Below are positions 27,960 through 34,850 of a stretch of 42,305 nucleotides of DNA, piece by piece. Below the pieces are notes generated by a model. The model was not told the DNA's origin, did no database searches, and saw only the letters and a program-made list of their open reading frames with translations. Numbering within the stretch: position 1 is the stretch's first letter; each line of letters starts with the position of its first letter. The stretch is from the IMG/VR virus record IMGVR_UViG_3300047576_000060. One strand, given 5' to 3'. Both the position numbers and the translations under genes were made by a program. Source of the stretch: a virus.

Positions 27960-28396
27960 ACTTAGCCTTGCAGCGGCTCTCCGAGAACGCGGTGTGCACC
28001 CAGGGCATCCTTCAGATCCCGGGGCTCACCTTGAAAACCCTCGAACTGCCCTGGGTCCCCGAAAACGGCTTCCCGGGCGGCACGCCGGATAAATCCTGCG
28101 TACCCGCGGGGCTTTACCAGTTGGTGCTGCATGACACCGAAATGCACCCGCGCAGTTTTGCGCTGGTGAACCCTGATTTGGGCGTGATCCATGAGCCCGA
28201 TCCGGCTTTTCCGAACGCGCGTACGGCCTGTTTGATCCATATCGCCAACTACCCGGACGAACTGGAAGGCTGCATCGGTCTAGGCATCACATCGGGGGAT
28301 TGTTTTGTATCGAACAGCGCCAGCGCCGATAGTCAGTTCCGAAGGGCGGTGCCCTGGGTGGCCGGACACACGCTCGATATCTTGCCGCCGCCTTAA
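27956..28396 (+). CDS. DUF5675-family protein, the only endolysin candidate
   Basis: TQGILQI...TLELPW...KSCVPAGLYQL...CLIHIANYPDELEGCIGLG...SNSASA matches the DUF5675 pattern as I recall it. GTGA overlap at the start. Sits at the head of the membrane-protein cluster. Confidence 0.65.
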   Translation: MNLALQRLSENAVCTQGILQIPGLTLKTLELPWVPENGFPGGTPDKSCVPAGLYQLVLHDTEMHPRSFALVNPDLGVIHEPDPAFPNARTACLIHIANYPDELEGCIGLGITSGDCFVSNSASADSQFRRAVPWVAGHTLDILPPP

Positions 28397-28405
28397 GGAG
28401 TTACC

Positions 28406-28600
28406 ATGATTCACACATTGCTTTTGTTGTTCATCATTCTTTGCGTCGTTGGCCTAATAATCTGGGGAATTGGACAAATACCCGGCATCCCGCCCATTTT
28501 GAAAACCGTGATTTACGTCGTGGTCGGTGTCATGCTGCTCTTGTGGGTTTACTCGCAGCTTGCCGGTGGTGGGGGCGGAATGAATCTCTCGCTTAGGTGA
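28406..28600 (+). CDS. Holin candidate (two TMDs)
   Basis: 64 aa with two hydrophobic helices (res 4-22 and 33-50). Locally AT-richer. Confidence 0.55.
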   Translation: MIHTLLLLFIILCVVGLIIWGIGQIPGIPPILKTVIYVVVGVMLLLWVYSQLAGGGGGMNLSLR

Positions 28601-28606
28601 ACTTAA

Positions 28607-28933
28607 ATGAATCAGACACTGCTGACGGCTCTAGTAGGGTCCGGGATCTTGGTCGCACTCGCGCAGTTGATTACGGCCTTGGCGACCTTTATTCGTCAAA
28701 AGGCGAACGCGGTCACTTTGAACACCAAGATCGATGCAAACACCGTGCTCACTGCCGATATCCACAAAGTCACCAATGGCCCGCTATCGGCCATGGGGCA
28801 GAATGTCACCGCTTTAGCCGTGCAAGTGGCATCCAATGCCGCCGAAGCACGCACCACGGCCGAAGCTGCTAAAGTCCAGGCCGCCATCGATGCGAAAGCC
28901 GATCCACCCAAAAGCCTAGGAGATGTCCCGTGA
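28607..28933 (+). CDS. N-terminally anchored membrane protein (i-spanin-like candidate)
   Basis: 108 aa. One N-terminal TMD, then an Ala-rich helical domain. Confidence 0.45.
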   Translation: MNQTLLTALVGSGILVALAQLITALATFIRQKANAVTLNTKIDANTVLTADIHKVTNGPLSAMGQNVTALAVQVASNAAEARTTAEAAKVQAAIDAKADPPKSLGDVP

Positions 28934-29367
28934 TGCGTAAACTTCTTTTGCTGTCTCTTTTGGGCCTGTCATTTCTGACAGGCTGCGCGACCTTGAATGC
29001 CATCTCCTCGACCGTCGCCGTCGCGTTGGCCGACGGGATCGAGTTCGGCACCGCCGAGTACATCAGCCACCACGCCACCGGCGCCCCCGCGCAAACCGCC
29101 CTTGCGGTCAAGATCAAGGCCATCGCCGTCCAGGTGGAGGGCTTCAATAACGGCACCGTCACCGTCGCGCAGATCGAGGCGACCATCGCGGCGGATATCG
29201 CCAAGCTCTCGGTGGCGGACCAGATCTTGGCCAACGGGCTCTTGCAGGAGCTCGTGATAGCGCTCGGCGTGCAGACTCAGAAGGGGCTGATCAGCGCGGC
29301 GGCCTCGGCGGACATCGCGGTGGTCTTAAACGCCGTCATCGCCGCCTGCGGGCTCTACGGGGCGTAA
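28930..29367 (+). CDS. Lipoprotein (o-spanin or u-spanin-like candidate)
   Basis: Signal peptide plus lipobox (MMRKLLLLSLLGLSFLTGC). Hydrophobic C-terminus (IAVVLNAVIAACGLYGA). 4-nt overlap with the upstream gene. Confidence 0.55.
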   Translation: MMRKLLLLSLLGLSFLTGCATLNAISSTVAVALADGIEFGTAEYISHHATGAPAQTALAVKIKAIAVQVEGFNNGTVTVAQIEATIAADIAKLSVADQILANGLLQELVIALGVQTQKGLISAAASADIAVVLNAVIAACGLYGA

Positions 29368-29445
29368 ATGGTCGCCTGGATCGCCCTAGGGATCGCTTTG
29401 CTGGCGCTGCTGATTGCTGTTCTTGGGATCGCCATGGATAGCTAA
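29368..29445 (+). CDS. Possible 25-aa membrane peptide
   Basis: MVAWIALGIALLALLIAVLGIAMDS, starting directly after the upstream TAA. Too short to be confident. Confidence 0.2.
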   Translation: MVAWIALGIALLALLIAVLGIAMDS

Positions 29446-29520
29446 AGTCCTATAGCTTTTTGGCAATTGTCGGTGTCTACTATGCGCTGTCCGACATAAC
29501 CCATTTTTGGAGCTTTCCCC

Positions 29521-29895
29521 ATGTCTACCCCCCTCATCGCCGTCATCGTCGCCATCACCAAGGGGACGAGCATCCCGACACAGACTGGCGCCGCCTTTGC
29601 CTCAACCTCGGTCGTTGTGACCGATTCCTCGGGCGTCGCACAGCCCGCCGTGCTTCTGACCGGCACCGAAACCCCGACCCCGTGGGCGTTCTCGACCTCG
29701 GTCAACCCGGGCGCGGGCACCGTCGTTGCCACCGACCTCGATGCCAATGGAGCGACCTTGGGATCGCCCGTCAGCCAAACCTTTACTGAGGCCGGCACGC
29801 CGCCCGCCTTCCTGCCGACCGCCTCCATCAGCGTGACGCCGGTGCAGCCGCAGGTAGCCGCCGCGGCGAGCAAGAAAGCGAATTTCAAGGCGTAA
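29521..29895 (+). CDS. Hypothetical Thr/Ala/Pro-rich protein
   Basis: 124-aa ORF. Last clear gene of the rightward operon. Confidence 0.55.
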   Translation: MSTPLIAVIVAITKGTSIPTQTGAAFASTSVVVTDSSGVAQPAVLLTGTETPTPWAFSTSVNPGAGTVVATDLDANGATLGSPVSQTFTEAGTPPAFLPTASISVTPVQPQVAAAASKKANFKA

Positions 29896-29900
29896 CGCCC

Positions 29901-30077
29901 ATGGCAGCGCCGTTACCGCCCGGAGCGAGCGACGAGAGTAAGCGACAGTGGCGCATTGAATGTCTGCTTGAGCAGGAGGTCATCCTGCTCAGGCAGATCC
30001 TCGCGCGACTTCCCGCAGCGCCGCAGTATTTCCCCACTACGGGTATCGCGGTCGTCGCAGGCGTGCCGGATTCATAG
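29901..30077 (+). CDS. Possible 58-aa protein
   Basis: MAAPLPPGASDESKRQWRIECLLEQEVILLRQILARL... Below the ORF-track cutoff. Competes with the hairpin interpretation at 29964-29996. Confidence 0.25.
   Translation: MAAPLPPGASDESKRQWRIECLLEQEVILLRQILARLPAAPQYFPTTGIAVVAGVPDS
29964..29996. terminator. Strong hairpin in the convergent junction (possible bidirectional terminator)
   Basis: CTGCTTGAGCAGGA-ggtca-TCCTGCTCAGGCAG, about 14 bp including one G-U pair. No U-tract on either strand. Confidence 0.25.
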
Positions 30078-30102
30078 CTTCTCGCTGGCATCAGAGGCGT
30101 AG

Positions 30103-30321
30103 TCACTCACCGTCGTCATCCCAATAGCTCATCGATTCGTCGGCGGCCGCCACGGGATCGTCAGTTAGATCGATAGGCTCATCCAGGCCGTTGTATTCCG
30201 CGTTGGCTGCGTCTATGGCTTGCTGCCGCGTCCACGGTGATTGCTCTATCATGAGGCGTTCGATGATGCGCAGCTTGAACCGCGCAGCCCATGCCTCGGC
30301 CTCGGGAGGTCGGTACTTCAT
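30103..30321 (-). CDS. Small acidic-tailed hypothetical protein
   Basis: ATG at 30321 with GGAG 9 nt upstream (MKYRPPEAEAW...SYWDDDGE). The ORF track extends to 30357. Confidence 0.5.
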   Translation of the reverse strand: MKYRPPEAEAWAARFKLRIIERLMIEQSPWTRQQAIDAANAEYNGLDEPIDLTDDPVAAADESMSYWDDDGE

Positions 30322-30323
30322 TG

Positions 30324-30518
30324 TTACGCTCCGGGTTTGGATGGGTACTCGACCCATTCAGCATGCAAATTGCTATCGTGGATCGCTACCGAACGCTTCT
30401 CCCAATTGACAGCGACCACAACATATCCACCCTCAGTCTTGATATCGATGCTGCGGGTGATGCCCGCTGTATCAGCGATGATTAGTGGTGTCAGCGTAGA
30501 TCTGAATTCGTAAGTCAT
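30324..30518 (-). CDS. Small hypothetical protein (64 aa)
   Basis: ATGA overlap with the upstream gene (MTYEFRSTLTPLIIADTAG...). This is the 3' part of track ORF 30324-30806. Confidence 0.5.
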   Translation of the reverse strand: MTYEFRSTLTPLIIADTAGITRSIDIKTEGGYVVVAVNWEKRSVAIHDSNLHAEWVEYPSKPGA

Positions 30519-31006
30519 TCGCCACCTTTGGATGTAGCCGGAAAGCCTGGAAGTTTTGGAATCGGCAATAGTGCGCCAACACGCGGCCCGCGCCTGAACT
30601 CCCAGCGATGGCGAGCTTGTACATGCAATCGCTTCAGACCACGAACCACACGCGGATACACTCCTGCATATTCCTCGATGTGCTCGTAGATATCGTCCCA
30701 CACACCGCCCCACAGGAAGCCATCGCAGTTCTCGTAAAGCCAATCCGCCGCGATGTGGCAGTGAGCGCACATTTTCATCTGTTCGATTCGACCGTCGATT
30801 GCCCATTTACTGACGTGATAAGTCTCACCAGGAGCGATGGCGCGAAAGCAGTCCTGACATTTGTGAACCTTTTTGGCTTTGCGCGCCTCGGTTCCGAGCG
30901 GCGTGCCTTCGCCATCTGCATAATCAATCGCGCACATCGGAATCTCCTGCTGAAACGTAGGGGCGAAGCTTTTCCACGCGCGATACTCGTCAGCATCGCA
31001 GTACAC
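30515..31006 (-). CDS. Cys-rich (zinc-ribbon-like) hypothetical protein
   Basis: 163 aa with HKCQDC...CAHC pairs. Confidence 0.6.
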   Translation of the reverse strand: MYCDADEYRAWKSFAPTFQQEIPMCAIDYADGEGTPLGTEARKAKKVHKCQDCFRAIAPGETYHVSKWAIDGRIEQMKMCAHCHIAADWLYENCDGFLWGGVWDDIYEHIEEYAGVYPRVVRGLKRLHVQARHRWEFRRGPRVGALLPIPKLPGFPATSKGGE

Positions 31007-31052
31007 CGTCTGGTCGGCCTGCCCAGCAGGCGGCTCATACAGCGCGGGACAC

Positions 31053-31424
31053 TCAAGGCCGGCTCAGGTTGTCGGGGCGTGAAGGTGAGCCTGCGAGCGC
31101 CTTATCTACCGCCGCGCCCAGCGATATATCAACGTAGGGGCGGACAAGCCGCAGCGCCTCCTCAAGCTCGGCTATGCGGGCCTTGGCATCTAGCCACTCG
31201 TCGAGAGCAATTGTCGCGATCAGAACATTGTCGGTCATGCGTTCCGATTCCAGCCGGTCTACCAGCTCGGCGTGATCGACCTCACCGCTAAAGTCCGCGT
31301 GATCTTTGTACAGGTGAGCGCAGCCGATGTAAGGCGGGTCGGCATAACCAATTCGCATACCTTTCCTCGTATCCGGTGGCGGCATTAGCCCCGGCTGAGC
31401 CCAGACGATGGGACTGCTATCCAT
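31053..31424 (-). CDS. Truncated DNA-methyltransferase-like N-terminus fused to an unrelated helical tail
   Basis: GGGGAGGTG RBS before ATG 31424. MRIGYADPPYIGCAHLYKDHADFSGEVDHAELVDRLE matches the first ~40 aa of a phage DPPY methylase family as I recall it. The rest of that fold is absent. Confidence 0.45.
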   Translation of the reverse strand: MDSSPIVWAQPGLMPPPDTRKGMRIGYADPPYIGCAHLYKDHADFSGEVDHAELVDRLESERMTDNVLIATIALDEWLDAKARIAELEEALRLVRPYVDISLGAAVDKALAGSPSRPDNLSRP

Positions 31425-32076
31425 GCTCACCTCCCCGGTCATCAGGTGTCACTTCCCCGATGATTTCGCGCTCGAGCGCCCCATACTTCTCGTCATCGCC
31501 CACGACTTCGCCTTTGAGCGCAACGATCCATAGCCGCTCGCCCTTCCATTTCTGCGGGGTCAGCGTTGCGTGTAATGCGCGCTTCGTGCACAGCTTCAGC
31601 GGCCCTTGCACGGTCTCGATGGTGCCGGCCTTGACCGGACTATTGCTGCCGCCCTGGCATGCTTGGCCATTCGCGTCCGAGCGCCAGAAGGCAATCTTGG
31701 CACCCAGCGCTTTCAGTTCTTCAAGCCGCGCTCGCTGCGCGTCGCTCCACTTCTTCGCGAAATTTTTTATACACGCGCGCCAATAGGACCCGGACCCGTA
31801 CCCGTACCCGGACCCGGACCCGGACCCGGACCCGTCCCCGGACCCGGACCCGTACCCGTACCCGTCCCCGGACCCGGACCCGGACCCGTCCCCGTACCCG
31901 TACCCGTCCCCGGACCCGTACCCGTACCCGGACCCGGACCCGTACCCGTACCCGGACCCGTACCCGTACCCGTACCCGGACCCGTACCCGTCCCCGGACC
32001 CGTACCCGTCCCCGGACCCGGACCCGGACCCGTACCCGTACCCGACCCGCTCGGCGCCCAGTCGGGCGCCTCGCCT
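31417..32076 (-). CDS. Repeat-containing gene with unresolved start: (G-S/Y/D)43 linker plus a ~120-aa C-terminal domain
   Basis: This frame is open from TAG 32077-32079 to the stop at 31417, but has no ATG/GTG/TTG before GTG 31611. The 3' part (KNFAKKWSDAQRARLEELKALGAKIAFW...LWIVALKGEVVGDDEKYGALEREIIGEV) looks coding. Confidence 0.4.
   Translation of the reverse strand, partial: RRGARLGAERVGYGYGSGSGSGDGYGSGDGYGSGYGYGYGSGYGYGSGSGYGYGSGDGYGYGDGSGSGSGDGYGYGSGSGDGSGSGSGSGYGYGSGSYWRACIKNFAKKWSDAQRARLEELKALGAKIAFWRSDANGQACQGGSNSPVKAGTIETVQGPLKLCTKRALHATLTPQKWKGERLWIVALKGEVVGDDEKYGALEREIIGEVTPDDRGGEHG
31786..32043. repeat. 43 tandem hexamers (GGACCC/GTACCC/GTCCCC), which read (GGGNNN)43 on the - strand
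   Basis: Counted unit by unit from the sequence. Only three unit variants occur, and there is no stop in any of the six frames. Confidence 0.95.
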
Positions 32077-32083
32077 CTAAGCA

Positions 32084-32377
32084 TTACGCACTCCACGGAG
32101 CGCGCTCCCATGCGGCAATCGCTTCCGGCGTGCAGGCTGCGACACTCGTGATATCGCGCAGTTCCAGATCAGCCGCAGGCCCGATGCGTGCGCCTTTGGT
32201 CGGCCCCATCGCAGCGAGTCCAACGAAGCCTTTCTGATCAGCCGACCAGTACAAACAATTGCGCGCGGCACGAAGCGAGATGATTGCTCCGCTCGTGTCC
32301 GTCGCATATCCAAAAAATACGCCGCGGTGACTCGTCGTCACGACTACTGCGCGTTCGCCATTCGATTTCTTTCCCAT
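32084..32377 (-). CDS. Hypothetical protein (97 aa)
   Basis: MGKKSNGERAVVVTTSHRGVFFGYATD... Ends at TAA 32084-32086, just upstream of the hexamer array. Confidence 0.6.
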   Translation of the reverse strand: MGKKSNGERAVVVTTSHRGVFFGYATDTSGAIISLRAARNCLYWSADQKGFVGLAAMGPTKGARIGPAADLELRDITSVAACTPEAIAAWERAPWSA

Positions 32378-32393
32378 CTCAAATCTCCTTGTT

Positions 32394-32633
32394 TTACAGT
32401 GCTTTCAATCTTTTATCGGGGCTGACGGTACGGGCGCCAACTCGGAGCTTTCCACTTTGTTCTCCTTTGGTTTTCGATTGTGAGCAGCCGAAAAAGTGAA
32501 AACCGCCAACGTCCCCGCCACACTCTTCGCAAGTGCGCGAAAGACCGCGTTTCCTCTGCGCCATTTCCCATCGCATCGCGCGGATATCAACGCAGTCTGC
32601 GCATGAACAATCGGCTGCGTGTTCTTCGGTCAT
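32394..32633 (-). CDS. Small Cys-rich protein
   Basis: ATGA overlap with the methyltransferase stop (MTEEHAADCSCADCVD...TCEECGGDVGGFHFFGC). Confidence 0.5.
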   Translation of the reverse strand: MTEEHAADCSCADCVDIRAMRWEMAQRKRGLSRTCEECGGDVGGFHFFGCSQSKTKGEQSGKLRVGARTVSPDKRLKAL

Positions 32634-33448
32634 ATCGCCATTCCTTCCTGTAGACCTATGCCGTCCTGAAGTGCCGCATAGGCTGGATTGATTTCGCACC
32701 CGATGAAGTTTCGCCCCATCGCTACGGCAACGCGGGCCGTCGTACCGCTCCCCATGAACGGGTCAAATACCGTGTCCCCAGCTCGAGAGCCGACCTCTAC
32801 GCACCTTGCGGCCAATTCGTAGGGAAACGCAGCAGGGTGAACGCCGTCACGGTCCTGGGTTATTTCCCAAACCGAATGGCCCCACCATTTGGCACCAGGC
32901 TGGTGAGCGGTGTAGACCTCGGCATTGCTGAACAAGAAAACGTACTCATGCGAAACCGCAGGGCGATCCAGGCGTGTCGGTTCTACAGCACTCGGCTTTT
33001 GCCAAATGATGGTTGAGCGCAGATACCAGCCATCGGCTCGGAGCGCTTCGGCCACGGCGAAAGACGCCAGAACCAAATCTTTCATCTTGTAGCCCTTGGG
33101 GGGCATCCTAAATCCCTTGCGCTCGCGCACAGTCTCCCAAGCGATGCGGTCGCCAGCATTGCCGCCACCGCCTTTACCGGAAGCCGCATAGGCATCCCCA
33201 ACGTTTAACCAGAAAGTGCCGCCATCGGCGAGTATCGATCGGACACCGCGGCCGACATCAACCACAGCTTTCACATAGTCGGCCGGGTCCCTTTCAAGAC
33301 CCAATTGACCGAGACAACCGTAATCCCGCAGTCCGCCCCAATAAGGCGGCGACGTGACGCAGGTCTGGACCTTAACGCCATCGGCCGCCATAGCCCGCAT
33401 GGCAATGCGGCAGTCCGTCCGATGGGTCTTATTCAGCCAGTGGCTCAC
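32630..33448 (-). CDS. DNA methyltransferase (N6_N4_Mtase family, beta class)
   Basis: TSPPYWGG (motif IV) lies near the N-terminus and FDPFMGSGTTARVA (motif I) near the C-terminus. Confidence 0.85.
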   Translation of the reverse strand: MSHWLNKTHRTDCRIAMRAMAADGVKVQTCVTSPPYWGGLRDYGCLGQLGLERDPADYVKAVVDVGRGVRSILADGGTFWLNVGDAYAASGKGGGGNAGDRIAWETVRERKGFRMPPKGYKMKDLVLASFAVAEALRADGWYLRSTIIWQKPSAVEPTRLDRPAVSHEYVFLFSNAEVYTAHQPGAKWWGHSVWEITQDRDGVHPAAFPYELAARCVEVGSRAGDTVFDPFMGSGTTARVAVAMGRNFIGCEINPAYAALQDGIGLQEGMAI

Positions 33449-33602
33449 AATCCGTTTCCACAGTGGGCGCGTCGTCTATGTCGATCTTGATGACCGGCTT
33501 CGGCAGGATGCCAGCGGCCTGCAAATCGAGACGCAGCAACGCCACTTGCGCCTCGATCTTGTGCATGTCCCGGAATAACTGGGCGAGTGATTGCTTGGTC
33601 AC
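33429..33602 (-). CDS. Small hypothetical protein (57 aa)
   Basis: GTG 33602 forms a GTGA overlap with the upstream methyltransferase stop. Helical (QLFRDMHKIEAQVALLRLDLQ). Confidence 0.35.
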   Translation of the reverse strand: MTKQSLAQLFRDMHKIEAQVALLRLDLQAAGILPKPVIKIDIDDAPTVETDCEPLAE

Positions 33603-34405
33603 TTTCCGTCTCTTTGCGCAGGAAAGCATAGGGAATCTTGAGATATGCGCAGTTCGGCCATTTCGCAATATTGTGGATTTACTTCGATACCGATATATCG
33701 TCGGTCGAGATCCTTGGCCGCCTTGGCCGTGGTTCCGCTTCCCAGGAAAGGATCAAGCACGAGGTCTCCGGGATTGCTCCAAGACGCAATATGATCTCGC
33801 GCTAATGCATCAGGGAACTGCGCAGGGTGTTCGCGCTTTAGATTGCTTTGCTCTGGCGAAATGTTCCAGACATTAAATCTTATTCCGAAGTCATCCATAG
33901 GCTTGGCTTCATGAGTCTTGCGGATCAATTCTCCGCTCGGCAGGCGTAACGAATTGGCTTTTCCGATCTTGCCGGAATAATTGTTTTTCCTGTCACGAAT
34001 TGGGTTAAACGTCTTGGGCCTGCCCTTTGAAAAAACAAACATAAATTCGCTGGAAGGTCCATAACGCACGGATACAGACCCGACGCCCGTAAACGATCCC
34101 TTATTCCAAATCATAGTGTCGTGAAGGCGAAGGCCGAGGCGTTTAAAATGTAGGGCCTGCTCAAGACTTGTACCGCTCTCGCTACCGTTCTCTGTCTGGT
34201 CGCAAACTATCCAAACGATTACGCCACCGGGTTTTAGCGTTCTAGCCAATTGCCACGCAATGCCATAGAAGTCCCACGAATGGCCACCGTATTGCCTTAA
34301 ATCGTCGTATGGCGGCGACGTGAGCACTAGGTCTATAGATTCCCTTGGAATCTTCGCGACCAAATCGCAATTATCGCCGCAGTGGATTTTGTCAATCTTA
34401 AGCAT
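33599..34405 (-). CDS. DNA methyltransferase (N6_N4_Mtase family, beta class), low-GC
   Basis: LTSPPYDD (motif IV) and LDPFLGSGTTAKAA (motif I). Sampled 60-nt lines give about 43-45% GC, against about 55-65% elsewhere. Confidence 0.85.
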   Translation of the reverse strand: MLKIDKIHCGDNCDLVAKIPRESIDLVLTSPPYDDLRQYGGHSWDFYGIAWQLARTLKPGGVIVWIVCDQTENGSESGTSLEQALHFKRLGLRLHDTMIWNKGSFTGVGSVSVRYGPSSEFMFVFSKGRPKTFNPIRDRKNNYSGKIGKANSLRLPSGELIRKTHEAKPMDDFGIRFNVWNISPEQSNLKREHPAQFPDALARDHIASWSNPGDLVLDPFLGSGTTAKAAKDLDRRYIGIEVNPQYCEMAELRISQDSLCFPAQRDGK

Positions 34406-34568
34406 TTGCTGCCTTCAAAGAATTGGCATCGCGCTCGCGTTTCAATCGCAATTCATCGTCCCAATTGTCCGCGACGATGGTTTTAAACTGTTCCGCCGTG
34501 ACGCCAAACTGAATAGCGGATTCCACCGCCCGCGATATGTCGTTGTAAACGACTGATGGGATACTCAT
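34398..34568 (-). CDS. Small hypothetical protein (56 aa)
   Basis: MSIPSVVYNDISRAVESAIQFGVTAEQFKTIVADNWDDELRLKRERD... ATGA-coupled to the upstream ORF, and overlaps the methyltransferase start by 8 nt. Confidence 0.35.
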   Translation of the reverse strand: MSIPSVVYNDISRAVESAIQFGVTAEQFKTIVADNWDDELRLKRERDANSLKAANA

Positions 34569-34732
34569 GGCTTAACTTCCTTTGCAGAGGGAAAGCCATC
34601 ATCAAAAACAATTTTCTGGAAGAATTCCCCGTCTATCTCGATTTGAATTGAATGCATAATTTCACGGTCTGGATAAATTTCCCGATATCTCTTGAGAATC
34701 ATACCGACGATATCTAATGTCTCGTCATCCAT
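34565..34732 (-). CDS. Small hypothetical protein (55 aa)
   Basis: MDDETLDIVGMILKRYREIYPDREIMHSIQIEIDGEFF... Part of a chain of coupled small ORFs. Confidence 0.35.
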   Translation of the reverse strand: MDDETLDIVGMILKRYREIYPDREIMHSIQIEIDGEFFQKIVFDDGFPSAKEVKP

Positions 34733-34850
34733 TCTTACGTGCTGCCAGTAGTCCTGCGAGATAGCCGGCTATGTACGCGGCCATTGGTGGAGGATTGCGC
34801 CCATGCTTTTGGAACCATCGCCAGTTCCAATTGAAGAATTTTTGCTTCAT
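34725..34850 (-). CDS. Possible 41-aa membrane-associated peptide
   Basis: MKQKFFNWNWRWFQKHGRNPPPMAAYIAGYLAGLLAARKNG. ATGA overlap with the Dam-like gene stop. Confidence 0.3.
   Translation of the reverse strand: MKQKFFNWNWRWFQKHGRNPPPMAAYIAGYLAGLLAARKNG

Noticed and set aside
29885-30106. - strand ORF 29885-30106 (73 aa) as the last gene of the leftward operon
   Set aside because: Its composition is Ser/Arg/Cys-rich and noise-like, and it overlaps the hairpin and a more plausible + strand 58-aa ORF. It has no RBS or coupling to 30103-30321.
31786-32043. Possible CRISPR array or satellite-type mobile element at the hexamer repeat
   Set aside because: The units are 6 bp, contiguous and without spacers, and no cas genes or leader are present. 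It is a microsatellite-like coding or structural repeat, not CRISPR.
31606-32237. + strand ORFs across the repeat (31606-32151 'PGPVPV...' and 31659-32237 'RTRTRP...')
   Set aside because: They are open only because the hexamer lacks stops in all frames. They run antisense to the whole operon, and their flanks have no coding character or RBS.
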